Program-made: the position numbers and the translations under genes | Assembly (NCBI GenBank): GCA_951406725.2 | Contig: OX597825.1 | Location: forward strand, 55,552,001-55,616,000 | Source of the DNA: Octopus vulgaris | Taxonomy: Eukaryota | Reading direction: 5' to 3' | Length of the DNA: 64,000 nt | Shown here: one piece after another, positions 26,028-40,113 of the stretch | How positions within the stretch are numbered: position 1 is the first letter of the stretch | Layout of the letters: each line of letters opens with the position of its first letter | Notes under the pieces: generated by a model | What the model saw: the letters and a program-made list of their open reading frames with translations, nothing else | Databases searched by the model: none | Told to the model about the DNA's origin: nothing

Positions 26028-26440
26028 ACAGGTGTATAGATATATGTATATATGTATGTACAGGAATTTCTGTGTTTATATGTATATGTACATGCACACA
26101 CACACACACACATATATATGTGTGTATATACACACAAATATACACACACACACATACTGGTATATTTATATAGATATTAGTGCACACCTCCACATAGTGG
26201 CTGATGTAATCAGCTGTTACCATAGCTTCAGTTAATCCTCACACAGCCTCTGAAGATACTTTAACTGTACAAGAACAACAGCAGAAGACCACAAATGTCG
26301 ATTACATGGGGGATTAGTCTACTGTAAGATTGGCAATTTATTTAGCTTTCAGAAATGTGATTGGAATAGAGCATAACAACATTGTGTTCTATTGAGTACA
26401 CACATATACATATATACTTATACATACATACATACATACA

Positions 26441-26525
<85 letters not shown>

Positions 26526-26695
26526 GTGCATTTATATGTAGCAGTGTGGTAAGACGCTTGCTTCTCAACAGCATTGTTCCAGGTTCAGTCCTATTGCATG
26601 GCACCTTGAGCAAGTGTCTTTTACAATAGCCTAAGGTTGATGAAAGTCACGGGAGTGGATTTGGTAGATGAAAACTGAGAGAAGCCCGTCATATA

Positions 26696-26737
<42 letters not shown>

Positions 26738-26763
26738 AAAAGTGTAGGTGGCATACAAGTGGG

Positions 26764-26939
26764 TATATATTTATAAAATAAAAGTTTGAAAACACCACTA
26801 TATAAGATAAATTTTAATTTTCTTAGAGATTTTACATGTTTTGGTTCTTCTTGAAGAACTGAAACATGTAAAATCTCTAAGAAAATTAAAATTTATCTCA
26901 TATAATGTTGTTTTCAAACTTCTTTTTCATAAATATATA
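26764..26939. repeat. Near-perfect ~176-bp palindrome (~87-bp arms, 2-nt loop)
   Basis: ...aagataaattttaattttcttagagattttacatgttttggttcttc tt gaagaactgaaacatgtaaaatctctaagaaaattaaaatttatctca... Confidence 0.92.
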
Positions 26940-27126
26940 TATATTACATGCATTTTTTTCTCTCTTTGTTTCTCTCCTTGTTTTTTTCTGTGTATTTTTC
27001 TGTCGAAGAGCGTAGGATCGAAACGTAAAAGACTTTTTCTATTTCTATTCCTGAGTGCTATACTAATACATTTGTTTGTTTGTACTCCACCTGCCTTTGT
27101 CTTTTGTTTATTTTCATAATCTTTCC

Positions 27127-27130
<4 letters not shown>
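26940..27130 (+). mobile_element. Penelope-like pLTR fragment with degenerate minimal hammerhead
   Basis: ttttt-CTGTCGA-a-gagcgtaggatc-GAAACGTA-aaagac at 27000-27033; same family on the minus strand at ~58540-58670. Confidence 0.55.
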
Positions 27131-27182
<52 letters not shown>

Positions 27183-27193
27183 ATATATATATG

Positions 27194-27289
<96 letters not shown>

Positions 27290-27594
27290 TATATATATGT
27301 CTGTGTGTGTGTGTGTGTGCATGTCTGTGTTTGTCACCTCAACCACATGACAACCGCCGTTGGTTTGTTTATGTTTCAATAACTTAGCTATTCAAGAAAG
27401 GGGAATTGATAGAACAAGTACCACACTTTAAAATAGATAAATACTGGGTTTAATCAGCTTGACATTCACATTGTTGCAGTCCACTAATTGAAACAATTAG
27501 AAAGATATATATATATATCACCATCATCATCATCATCATCCTCATCATCATCATCGTTATCATCATCCTCATCATCATCATCGTTATCATCATC

Positions 27595-27975
27595 ATACTT
27601 TAACCATTTTCCATGCTGGCATGGGTTGAACGGTCTGGGAAGCCAGGAGACTGCATCAGGTTCCAGTCTGATCTGGCAGTGTTTTTACAGCTGGATGCTC
27701 TTCCTAATGCTAACTACTCTGATAGTGTAGTGGGTGCTTTTTACATACCACTGGAACAGGGGTCAGAGGAGGCTTGCAATGATCACAATCGGTTAGTGCC
27801 TTTTACGTGCCACCAGTGTGGCTGTGTGGTAAGAAGCTTACTTCCCAAACATATGGTTCTGGGTTCAGTCCCACTGTGTGGCATCTTGGGCAAGTGTCTT
27901 CTACTATAGCCTTGAAGCAACCAAAGCTCTGTGAATGGATTTGGTAGACAGAAACAGAAAGAAGCCTGTCATAAA
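27595..27975. mobile_element. Family C (minus, 27595-27815) abutting a SINE A 5' half (plus, 27815-27975)
   Basis: tttccatgctggcatgggttg...ggatgctcttcctaatg, then gtggctgtgtggtaagaagc. Confidence 0.75.
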
Positions 27976-27992
27976 TATATATACGACATTTA

Positions 27993-28117
<125 letters not shown>

Positions 28118-28132
28118 GTATATATATATACA

Positions 28133-28300
28133 GGCGCAGGAGTGGCTGTGTGGTAAGTAGCTTGCTAACCAACCACATGGTTCCGGGTTCAGTCCCACTG
28201 CGTGGCATCTTGGGCAAGTGTCTTCTGCTATAGCCTCGGGCCGACCAAAGCCTTGTGTGTATATTTGGTAGACGGAAACTGAAAGCTGTCGAAGCCTGTC

Positions 28301-28362
<62 letters not shown>

Positions 28363-28569
28363 ATATGTTTGTGTGTCTGTGTTTGTCCCTGTAGCATTGC
28401 TTGGCAACCGATGCTGGTGTGTTTACGTCCCCGTCACTTAGCGGTTCGGCAAAAGAGACCGATAGACTAAGTACTGGGCTTACAAAGAATAAGTCCCGGG
28501 GTCGATTTGCCCGACTACAGGCGGTGCTCCAGCATGGCCACAGTCAAATGACTGAAACAAGTAAAAGAG

Positions 28570-28570
<1 letters not shown>
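28133..28570 (+). mobile_element. CORE-like SINE family A, young full-length copy
   Basis: ggcgcaggagTGGCTGTGTGG (A box), GGTTCAGTCCC (B box), cttgggcaagtgtctt (CORE-like), central (TA)n, CpG-rich 3' half, tail gaaacaagtaaaagag. Confidence 0.93.
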
Positions 28571-28661
<91 letters not shown>

Positions 28662-29054
28662 CGAGTGACTTGATCTGAGATCGTGTGCTGGAATGAAAAC
28701 AGATGCAGCACAATGCTTTGTAAGTGAACAGGTCGCGGTCTCAAAGTGATCTAACCGTTTTTTTGTGTTTCTTAAATTGCTTATAAACACCTTCCATACT
28801 GCAATTGTTATATATATATATATATATGCTAAATGGAAAATGGAAGATGGAATATATGAGAATTTAGAATTAATCATGACAATTATTTTGACACATCTTG
28901 CATCATTCCCTTATGGTAAGACATTCAACAAGTTGTTCAGGAGCATCCAGTAGTGCAGATGGATCTCATCAGGGGATATATAGGCACAACTCATTAAAAT
29001 AACAGTTCCTTAATGTAACTTCTCATTTTGCAGAAAGAAAAGCAGCCAGATGGA

Positions 29055-29150
29055 GGTGGTACCTTGGGCAAGTGTCTTCTACTACAGCCATGACCTGGCC
29101 AAAGCCTTGTGAGCGGATTTGGTTGACAGAAACTGAAAGTAGCCTGTTGC

Positions 29151-29196
<46 letters not shown>

Positions 29197-29197
29197 A

Positions 29198-29277
<80 letters not shown>

Positions 29278-29730
29278 ATGTATGTATGTATGTATTTATA
29301 TGTGTGTGCTTGTGTTTTTCCCCCTCACCATTGCTTGACAACCAGCATTGGTGTGTTTACGTCCCCATAACTTAGTGGTTCAACAAAAGAGACTGATAAA
29401 ATAAGTATTAGGCTTGCAAAGAATAAGTCCTGGCATCAATTTATTACAAAGTAAGTAGATATGGTAGACAGATACTGAAAGAAGCCTGTCTTGTATATGT
29501 GTGTGTGTGTGCATGTGTGTGTGTGTGTATTGGTCCCCCACCACTGCTTGACAACCAGTATTGGTTTGCTTATGGCTGTGTAACTTAGTGGTTTGGCAAA
29601 AGAGACTGATAGAATAAGTACCAGGTTTTAAATATAATTAATTACTGAAAGCAATTCACTAAATTAAAATCGTTCAAGGATTTTAGTGCTCCAGAATAGA
29701 CACAGTCTAAGGATTGAAACAAGTAAAAGA
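29055..29730 (+). mobile_element. Two tandem 5'-truncated SINE A copies
   Basis: accttgggcaagtgtcttc at 29061; a second ggtagacagatactgaaagaagcc at 29464. Confidence 0.75.
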
Positions 29731-29859
29731 GAATATAGATATGTATATATGTATGTATGTATTTGTCTGTGTATGTGTATGTATGTACATATACATATGT
29801 ATTCAAATATATACGTTTATATGTATTTAAACATATATATATATATATATGTATATATG

Positions 29860-29917
<58 letters not shown>

Positions 29918-30810
29918 TATATGTATGTGTGTTTGTGTGTGTATGTATGTGTGTACACACTCACATACAGACACACACAAGCTCACAAATAAATATTAAA
30001 CACACACCACAAGCCATGCAGATAATGTCATTCCAGTACACTTTCTTTCTTGTGGTTTTCTGCGCCTTTCTTTTACTTCTCCTAATCTGGCTTCTGCTCT
30101 TTCTCTTTCCCTTCCTTTCTCTTTCACCTTCCATATCTCTGTCTCTTTCTCCCCCCTCTCTCTCTCCTCTGTATTTCTCCCTAACCTTCCACTCTTCAAA
30201 AGCTCTTTATAGATCCAAGTTAATTCTTCAGCTGCCACTCCACAAATCTTTTACCCTTAATAACACTTATTTACATGCTAACTCTTCTTTGCTCCTCTTC
30301 TTCTTCCTCTCACTCCACTTCTTTCTCCTCCTCCTCCTTCTCTCAATATCTTTTACATCATAGATATTATAGTGATATCATTATGATCCTCTCCACCTCC
30401 TCCTCCTCCTCCTCCTCCTCCTCATTCTTGTCATCGCCACCACAATACTCATTATCATTCTAGCCATTCTCATCCTATTCTCCACCATCCACCTCCTCCT
30501 CTTCCTTTACTTTCTCTCCCTTATTATCACCATCATTATCATTGTAAGCATCATCATCATAGCCTTCATTAAGATTGTCAGCATTATCATCATCACGAAC
30601 AGTTATGAGTCATTGTCCCCACTACTCATCCTCCTCAACATCATCATCATAAATATCATAATCGTCATCATCATCATCACTATTACCACTACTGATTTTA
30701 CTTATATAACAACTCCCCATAGGTTTTTTTGCCACCTCTACCACATCCCTAACCACTTCAACCCACCCTACCACTCACTCCACTTCAACTCCCACTCAGT
30801 CCATTACTCT

Positions 30811-30849
<39 letters not shown>

Positions 30850-30870
30850 ACTCTCTTTCTGTGTGTATAT

Positions 30871-30913
<43 letters not shown>

Positions 30914-31036
30914 GCATACATATATATATATATATATATATATACATACACACACACACATTTACACACACATACACACACATACACACATATATGTATG
31001 TATATGTGTGTATAGATGTATGAATGTATTTCTTAC

Positions 31037-31094
31037 CTTTTAGTTCAACTACTTCAGTGAAGGGGACATTGACAAGATGCCAATAAGTTTGAAA
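31037..31094 (-). other. Candidate 58-nt internal exon (FQTYWHLVNVPFTEVVELK, phase 0 to 1)
   Basis: Branch point TACTGAC, acceptor tttgattcattcag|, donor AAAAG|GTAAGA; exactly one open frame; unique sequence. Confidence 0.4.
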
Positions 31095-31821
31095 CTGAAT
31101 GAATCAAACATATTTGTCAGTAGAAAAGTTATCTGGTAATATTATCACTGCCTTCCCAAAACCCCACCGTTTTCCCACCATACTTCTTTGAGATATGCAT
31201 GTGTACCATCATCATCATCATCGTTATCATTCTACCATCCTTTTTTCCATGCATGCATGGTCAAACAGAATTTATTCAGGCATATTTTCTATGATCAGAT
31301 TCCCTTTTTCTTGCCAACCCTTCCCCATTTCCAAGTAAGGTAATATCATTCCATGGCCAGAAATATTTTCGCAGAATATTGGAAACAAAAGACATTCATT
31401 TACTAGAATCATATGATGTCAAGACAAGGAGATGGACACACACACATAATATAAAATGCAGGTTTCTTTCAGTTTCCATCTACCAAATCCTTTCACAAGT
31501 CCTTGGCCAGCCCAGGGCTATTTTAGACAAAGCTTGTTCAAAGTGCCACGCAGTGAGACTGAACCTGAAACAATGCAGTTAGGAGGTCAAATATACCTAT
31601 TTCTACAGGAATTGAAAAAAACAATAAACAGCCTTAATTGGTTTTTAGAAGTTTCTTTCTCTGCCTGAAGAATTTCTAAAAGGAAATTTCTGACATGTTC
31701 ATGCAACATGTTCATGCAACAAGTTCAATTTTGTGATTCCTATTAGTAAATGAAACATGTGTAATGGTAATTAATTAATAGCAAAACGTTTTCCAGATTT
31801 CTGTTTTCTGATATATATGTA

Positions 31822-32389
31822 TTGGGTTCGTGCCGGAAAGTTCGTGCCCATTTTTAAAGGAAAGAAAAAGGTCAATAAATACTTGCCCTTACATTTTCAA
31901 TCAACCAAATATGAACCATTTTATTGCACAATGTGTCTCCATCTTTCCTTTAACTTGAAAATACCCTCTTCCCAGAATTGAGGTGGTTTCATGGCAAAGA
32001 ATTCATCAAGGTATCTTTTTATGTCATCCAAGGAATTGAAATTTTTACCATTAAGACTATTCTGCAGAGACCTGAGTAGATGGAAATCTGAAGGAGCAAT
32101 ATCTGGTGAATATGGAGGGTGGGGTAACACATCCCAGCCAAGCTGCAGCAATTTTTGTTTGGTTCCCAAAGCATCAAGTGCAGAAAATTAACTTTCTTAT
32201 CTTCCATTTTAAAGGGTTACAGAATTAACACAGGTTATTGGAACATAAACGTTCTTCCACAAAAAGATAGCTTAAACTGTGCTCTAAATGGAGGTGTAGT
32301 CAAATCCTATTTTATGGACTCAAACATGTTCTAAAATAAGTCGAAAGGTAAGCTACTATAAATCGGTACGAACTTTCCAGACAACCCAA
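31822..32389 (-). mobile_element. Internally deleted mariner (DD34D) element
   Basis: TA flanks; TIRs ttgggttcgtgccggaaagttcgtgccc / cggtacgaactttccagacaacccaa; N-terminal MEDKKVNFLHLMLWE joined to C-terminal KQKLLQLGWDVLPHPPYSPDIAPSDFHLLRSLQNSL...GIFKLKERW. Confidence 0.93.
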
Positions 32390-32746
32390 TATATATATGA
32401 TGGATTTTCTTGTCATGAACAACAAATGAGGGTTCAGTAAGATAAAGCATTAACCATGTTCTATGGACATGAATGTGTTCCTTTGTCTAAACCTTTTGTC
32501 AAGTGAGACAAGTTGAGGACTCGGTTTGCTTGAGTGCTTGTGGATCATTCAGTATGTGTTTTCTTAAGTGGATGGCAAGGCCTGCTTTGCTTCGTATCAC
32601 AAAACCACAATCATAGGTAAGGTTTCAATTTAGAGGAGCAGCATTTTGCCCGCGTGCCTTCATGTTTACACAAAGTTGGTTCTGATGTTTGATTCGACTT
32701 CGCTCAAATCTTTGCTCATACATATGTTATACATAAAATGAATGTT

Positions 32747-32784
<38 letters not shown>

Positions 32785-32861
32785 TTTAATACATATTTTC
32801 ATATATTTGTATATATATATATGAGTATGTTTGTGTGCGTATAAATTCAATACATATTTTC

Positions 32862-32894
<33 letters not shown>

Positions 32895-33205
32895 AATTCA
32901 ATATATTCATATATTCATATATCTGAGTATATACATATATATCAAATTTAAGATTTATGTACAAATATATATAAATATATCTGTATATGCATACACACAC
33001 ACATACACAAAGTAGGAAAGAGAAGGTGGGGGAGAGAGAAAGAGAGGGCGTGAAAGATAGAACGTATATCTATATGACTAGATCTGTTTGTTTATTTTTC
33101 ATAGAACACACACTGTGAGTGTTGATTGCTAAATTGCATCAAGCTGTTGATATCAGCAGGGCACCCTGAGCACTGCCAGTGTATGATGTTGATCATGATA
33201 TGTAG

Positions 33206-33248
<43 letters not shown>

Positions 33249-33619
33249 AGTGAGTGTATGTATGTACACATATATAAGTATGTATACGCACCCATTGCTG
33301 CAAACCACCCAACTGTATGTAACTGGTGAAAGTATGTTGTTCTCTTCTGCTTCACCACTTCGGTGACATCACTACCCTTCTTACTCATATTGCTCTATGC
33401 TGTTTAGTTCCAATGCTTATGGAGTTGAGCTGAGGTTTTAGTCCATCAGAATATAATGAGAGTCTACACGATGTAGATAAGGTAATCTTGGCTATATAAC
33501 ACTTGGCTATGCAGATAGTCTTATGGTAACCTGTTCTCAAATTCAAATATACCATTGATGGTAATTAATTAGACTTAACTATAAAGATATAATGTGTATT
33601 CTTAGTGTTTCTTTCTTTC

Positions 33620-34081
33620 TTTTGTTTGTTTCTGTAATTTGACTGTGGCCATGCTGGAGCACTGCCTTAAAAGGTTTTAGTTGAAGAAATCGACCCCAGA
33701 ACTTATTCTTTGTAAGCCTACTGCTTATTCTATCAGTATCTTTTGCCAAACTGCTAAGTTACAGGTATGTAAATACACCAGTATCGGATGTCAATCAACA
33801 GTGGTGGGGTTTCAAACACAGCCACAAAGACACTCACACATGAACATATACATACTGATACTGTTGTACATAGGGTAAATGTGTTTGAAAGTTGTGGTTT
33901 CTTTGGTATGTTTGTTCCCAAACAACATTTATTTTAGTGCTGTTGACACTGCCAGATTGAATGGTACTGCCCAGGGTTTGAAACCACAATGATATCCGTG
34001 GGGCAGCTGATGATGGAGGTATGATGGATTGTTGGTATGGCTGTTTTTGTATATGTGGAATAGTATTATAACACATCCTTT

Positions 34082-34125
<44 letters not shown>

Positions 34126-34280
34126 CGATGAGCTTCTTTCAGTTTCTGTCTACCAAATTCACTCACAAGGCTTTGGTCATCCCAAGGCTAAATAGAAGAC
34201 ACTTGCTCAAGGTGCCATGCAGTGGCACTGAACCTGGAATCATATAGTTAGGAAGCAAGCTTCTTATGACACAGCCATAT
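33620..34280 (-). mobile_element. SINE A split by a ~220-bp insert in its central microsatellite
   Basis: 3' half 33620-33840, 5' half 34125-34280. Confidence 0.7.
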
Positions 34281-34316
34281 ATTTGTCCCCGCGTTGTTGT
34301 GTTTTCTTGTTTGGAT

Positions 34317-34354
<38 letters not shown>

Positions 34355-34929
34355 TAAAACATGTGTGTTCGAAAAATTCAAAAACGAAAGCACTTACACA
34401 ATATGAAAACATCCTTCCAAAATGTTTGTGTCGTTTGTTTGGTCTTTCAAAGACTTTTTTAAATAGTTGATAATTTTAAGGAAATCTTTTGTCAAATATG
34501 ACTGTCTCAAGTAGTCTTTGTAAAATCTCATATATGTATATATATTTAATGAGAGAGAGAGAGAGAGAAAGAGAAGGAGGGGAGAGAAGAGAGGGTGAAG
34601 AAGTGTATATATATATTGACTGATTAGATAGATAGATTATGTAGACACAATATGTAAGAAGTAGATGCTAGCTGGATAAGTATGTTCTGATTGGATAGTG
34701 AGATAGTTATAATGTCACAATACTGAGTGAATTGAAAAACATACTGTGTAGGCGTTGACTAGATAGGTAGATATATTGTATCGCTGTTGACTGTATAGAG
34801 AAACTGTGTGTGTAGAAGTTGACCATTTCCCAATGTGAAAATGTTGGACTGGATAGATACAGCTTGTAGATGCTAACTATTAGATCCGTAGACAGATTTA
34901 GCATTTTTTATTTTTTCATCTTTTTAATT

Positions 34930-35300
34930 ATTACTTGTTTCAGTCATTGGACTGTGGCAATGCTAGGCAGTGCCTTGAAGAATTTTTAGTCCAATGAATC
35001 AATACCAGAATTTATTTTCTCTTTTTTAAAGCCAAACTGCTATGTTACAAGGGCATAAACACACCAATACTGGTTGTCAAGTTGTGGTGGGGGACAAATA
35101 TAGACACACACACATCTACACATACACACACACCAAACACATACATACAATGGGCTTCTTTTAGTTTCTGCCTCACAAAGCTTTGGTTGGCCCAAAGAAC
35201 ACTACAATAGAAGACACTTGCCTGAAGTGCCATGCAGTGTGACTGAACCTGGAACCATGTTTTTGGGAAGCAAGCTTCTTACCACACAGTCACACCTGCA
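34930..35300 (-). mobile_element. CORE-like SINE family A
   Basis: acttgtttcagtcattggactgtggc ... gaagacacttg ... accacacagtcacacctg. Confidence 0.8.
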
Positions 35301-35944
35301 CCTAATTATGTTGATGTTGATTGGAAAGAGAGACATAGCGTGTGGATGTCGATTGGATAGACACAGTAAGATGTTGACTGGATAATAAGTAATACACAGT
35401 GTGTAGGTGGTGACTAGGTATTCAGATAAACAGTGTAAGTAGATGATGGCTGTATAGATATTTATTGAATATCGTTGTTAAAAGAATAGAATCAATGTGT
35501 AGGTGTTGACAGATACACATCTCACTGAAAGTAATCATTCTCTTATCAGCTCTTTCAGTGGTAGAAGTTCTTTCATCCTATGAGTTGCAAAATGACCTCA
35601 CTAATGCCAGTAACATGGAAAAAAAAAACACCCAGTACACTCTGTAAAAGGGTTGGCATGAGAATGGTATCCATTAGTAGAATCCAAGTCGAAACTGAAA
35701 CACTGGAGCGAGACATAGGCTTCTGAATTCTTGGATTCTCTCAGACTATCGAAATCATATCAATGTGGAAAGCAGATGCAAAATTATGATGTCAATGATG
35801 ACAGTGATGATAATAATGATGGTGGTGGTGGTGGTGGTGGTTTTTGTGGTGGTGGTGGTGATGTTGATGAGGGTGATGATGTTGATGATAATGATGATCG
35901 TTGTTGAAATTAATGTAAGATTTCACAGCTCTAGGTAGTGTGTC

Positions 35945-36185
35945 ATATTGTGTGAACATTAACTGCATAGACAAATATTGTGTGAACATGTTAACTATAT
36001 AAATAGATACTTTGTGAACATGTTAACTATATAGACTGTGTGAAGATATTGACTATATGGTCAGAAAAAGTGTGAACATGTTAAGTATATGGAGTATGAA
36101 CATGTTGACTATCTAGATAGATAGTGTGTGAACAATTTAACTTTATAGTTAAATAATATGTGAAAGCATATTACTATATAGATAT
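35945..36185. repeat. Degenerate ~25-30-bp minisatellite (tgtgaacatgttaactatataga)
   Basis: About eight diverged units; related gatgttgactggataga units at 34600-34900 and 35310-35520. Confidence 0.7.
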
Positions 36186-36706
36186 TAATATATTTTAAAT
36201 ATTTAGATAAGAATTGAGATATCACATTCTTATTCTTGTTATTTTATCCCTCAAATTTTGATTTTGTTTAATTTCACTGTAGCATGAAAGAAAATCCAAT
36301 TAATATGAAATGTACTTAAAGTTTTTTCAATAGTAAACTGTATGTACATAGAGTATTTTTGAACAAGTTCACTGACTGACCATGACACCAGTGTCTGGCC
36401 TGGCACTGATTTTCTATATATTACTGGTGGGAGATGAGTCACTGGTGTCTCTAGTGGTCGAGCATCCATCATTGACAAGATCAAGGAAGGTCGAAATCAC
36501 ATGATCTGGTGGTCTTGACACTGGAAATAGCATGGATTTACCTCCCCACTAGTAACATAAACAAGACTACATTTTGCACAAAAAAGCCCATATGAGAGTA
36601 GCTCTCATGGTATCTATTGCAGTATAGTTTGTTCTAACAGTACATCCACATTTACTGCTTCTGTCACAAATATATATTTCTATATACATAATATTTTGAG
36701 TAAATC

Positions 36707-36747
<41 letters not shown>

Positions 36748-37639
36748 AATAGTAAACAGTGAACAGTGGACCATATGGCATGGTCTGAACACTGAACTAT
36801 ATATCCAGTTATCTTAGAAATCTATCTTTTCAAGCTAAATATATTTCTTGACGATGGAAGACTGGAGATTAAAAGAGTGATGACAGATGGTTGTATGGCA
36901 ATATTGAGTGTCAGTGGAAGTGGTATGGTGGATGGGGGAGTGGCAGCAGTTGTGGTGGTGACGTTAATGATTGTGTTGATGACAGTAGCACTGGTATTGT
37001 CTTGATGTGGTGTTGTTGATGTCATTGATGGTAATAGTGGCTGGTAGTTGTAATAGTGAAGGTGGTGGTGGTGGTGGAGTGGAAATAAGATGGCAATACA
37101 TGGCGTAAAATGGTGATAATCATGATGATGGTAATGAAAGTGATGATAATGGTTGGGGTAGCATGGGTTTGGTGCGATGTTGTTGCGGTGATGGTGATAG
37201 TGATGATGATAGTCATGGTGATGTTACTGCTGCTGCTGCTGCTGTTGTTGTTGTTGTTGTTGTTGTTGTTGTGTTGGTGGTAGTGGTTATGGTGTCTTCA
37301 TACAAGGCAAAAAATTTGTGATGGAATAGAAGTTGGATTTCTTGAAATGAAAAACCAGAATGAAAGAAGAAAGAACTTGCAACAAATCCCTATAGTTAAC
37401 TGATTATTCAGCCACTTAAAATCAATTCTCTGTTCTCTATCAGATGGTTTTCTTGGTGTTGCTACCTGCTTATCTGGTGTTGCTAACCAATTCTCCCAAA
37501 TATTCTCTATCCTATTCATATCTCTCTACCTGCAATTGCTAACTCCTTCACACTACTGTTGCTATTCTTTCTTTCTCTACAATTATCAAATCACTGTCTT
37601 TAACAAGACAATTTTCTCTTTAGTGTTGTGAACATAATT

Positions 37640-37687
<48 letters not shown>

Positions 37688-37690
37688 CAC

Positions 37691-37726
<36 letters not shown>

Positions 37727-37734
37727 CACACACA

Positions 37735-37793
<59 letters not shown>

Positions 37794-38047
37794 TATATAT
37801 ATACATATATACACACACATACAAGGGAGCACATATTTGCAAAACAAGGTGAAGAAGATATTACTCAAATAAGAAAGGCAAAGTAAAATGTTATTTTATT
37901 AAAGCTGAGAAAAAGCAAACAAAAATCCATGAACTGTTACTCAGGGTTTAACCAACTGTTCATTGGATAGCAGTGAGAATACAGATTAGTCTGTATTATC
38001 ACTACTGCCTTTTCTTTGGCTTTAATAAAACTCTGTGTGTGTGTATG

Positions 38048-38925
38048 CAAGGTGCGATGGGTAAATTGTTGCCATTTTATATTTTCAATTTCATGCATGC
38101 ACATTGTTTGTTTTTGATTTTGTCAACTACACAGTGTAGTTGGGTCAGTTGGGCACCATCTGTGGGAAAAACAGCACCATGATGCAATTCACTCTGCCAG
38201 AAATTCGGAAATCACATGCTATACTGCTTGGCATTTATGCTGGAAGCTCCAACATGAATAGATGGTGAACACACAAAACAACAACCATTGGCTCACCATG
38301 TCCCCAAATCATGTGCCAAGAGTGATAAAAATCAGACATCCAGTCAACATCATTATGTTTGGAGTGATCACTAGTGATAGCGATGTTATGCCTCCATTCC
38401 TCTTCTCATATGGCCTCACACTCAACACAGAGGCCTACATCAAGTGCCTGGAGGAGGTAATGCTGCCCTGGATCAAGAGGGTCGCTGCTGGAAGACCTTA
38501 TGTTTGCAACAGGACTCTGCACCATGTCACACAAGCAGGAGAACCCAGTTTTGGCTGTCAGACAGTTTCTGCGATCACATTGCCCCTAACATCTGGCCAA
38601 CCCCCACAAGACTGCAAACCCCTTAATTATTATATGTAGGGTGCAGTTGAATGAGAGACCAATAAAACTCCTTGTAACACCAAAGATAAACTGAAGGCAA
38701 AGATTATGGCAGCATTCAACAACTTAAACAAGGAGATCATCCAGAAGAGTTGTAAAAGATTCTGAAGTCGTCTGGAGGCCAACGGTGATTTTATTGAATA
38801 GATTTACTCTTTAATATTTCAAGATATTTTTAATGTAATTTTGGTAAATATATTTGTTAAAATAAGATGTCTGTGTAATTTTCATTTCTGCATAATTTTG
38901 ACAACTATATATTCACCACACCCTG
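38048..38925 (+). mobile_element. Tc1/mariner maT (DD37D)-type transposon, internally deleted pseudogene
   Basis: Ends caaggtgcg... / ...cacaccctg|TA; transposase fragments MFGVITSDSDVMPPF, LNTEAYIKCLEEV, QQDSAPCHTSRRTQFWLSD...IWP...DCKPLNYY; D-to-D spacing consistent with about 37 once the frameshift is repaired. Confidence 0.88.
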
Positions 38926-39749
38926 TATACACAAACACATATATAACATTTCTATTTGCAAATCTCTCAACAAGAAACATTCAGTAACAGTACTCTTGGC
39001 AAATAATATTTACTCTCTCTCTTTGTATGTGTGTGTGTGTGTGTGTGTGTGTGCATGTATGTATGTGTATATATATATGTATATGCACACATATATACAT
39101 ACATTTACATATATGCAAACATATATGCTTACAAATATATACATGGGTGGGGAAAGTTTCTTTAGAAACAAGGTATCTGTCAATCAGATATAGAATGGCT
39201 TCAGGTAGTTTAATTTTTTTTTAATAAAATTTCTGATGATTTGATAATATAATTTGATTGTGAACTAACAAATTATATCACTTGATAAAAATAGACATTT
39301 TCATTAATGAAACCCGTGTAAGAATACATTGACTAAACATAAAATCTTATCTCATTTCTTTCTACACACACACGCATACACACTAGATTGCTTTAGACAG
39401 GGTGTGGTAAAACTATGCTCGTTCATATTTCGATTACTTTTACATTTCTGCTGCAGTGTTTATAAATATAATAAAAGTACAATATACACAGCCATTTAAA
39501 CAGCATGCTGAATATATACACACTATACACTGTTATTTAAACACAAGGCAGTATATACATGTAAAAATATGATTCGTTGAAGTTCACATTACTAAATACA
39601 AAACATTTAATACACCCTATGAAACTACCCAGTAAATACCCTGTTTTAACACCCAGCGTGTCTGATTACAAGACATGCAACATTTAACACTCACTCTGAC
39701 CCATGAAAAATTCCTCTGTTATTGATGTTGTTCTTGTTATTATTATTAT

Positions 39750-40069
39750 TAAGGCAACTCATTAACATGCCAGGCAAAATGCTTAGCCATATTTCGTCTG
39801 CCTTCACCTCCTGAGTTCAAATTCCACCAAGGTTGACTTTGCCATTCGTCCCTTCAGGGTTGATAAAATAAATAACAGTTAAACACTGAGTTTAATGTAA
39901 TTGACTTTCCCCACTCTCCTGAACTTGCTGGCCTTGTGCCAAAATTTGAAACCAATATTATTATTATTGTTATTATTATCTTCTTTTAATTTTGTTTCTA
40001 TTTCTTGCTGGGAGTCTTTCCAACACCCAGGGCAAAGAAACTCACTGTCTTCATTGGTAGGCCATTAAA

Positions 40070-40113
<44 letters not shown>

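Larger units (their letters stand above)
26535..27500 (+). mobile_element. SINE family A split by insertions in its central microsatellite
   Basis: 5' half 26535-26690, 3' half ~27300-27500; a palindrome and an HHR cassette lie between them. Confidence 0.7.

Noticed and set aside
28133-28205. tRNA genes at SINE heads
   Set aside because: A and B boxes are present but there is no full cloverleaf, and they run directly into the SINE body.
28925-28980. Minus-strand CTGATGA followed by a gatcca/tggat stem as another hammerhead
   Set aside because: No GAAA directly after stem II and no convincing stem I or III.
33292-33388. Minus-strand ORF start MSKKGSDVTEVVKQKR with a GTGCGT donor
   Set aside because: Abuts a microsatellite like other repeat cassettes; non-consensus donor; no supporting homology.
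36414-36520. Possible minus-strand terminal exon (SRPPDHVISTFLDLVNDGCSTTRDTSDSSPTSNI*)
   Set aside because: Only a modest acceptor (gctatttccag) and no recognisable homology; cannot be told from an old repeat fragment.
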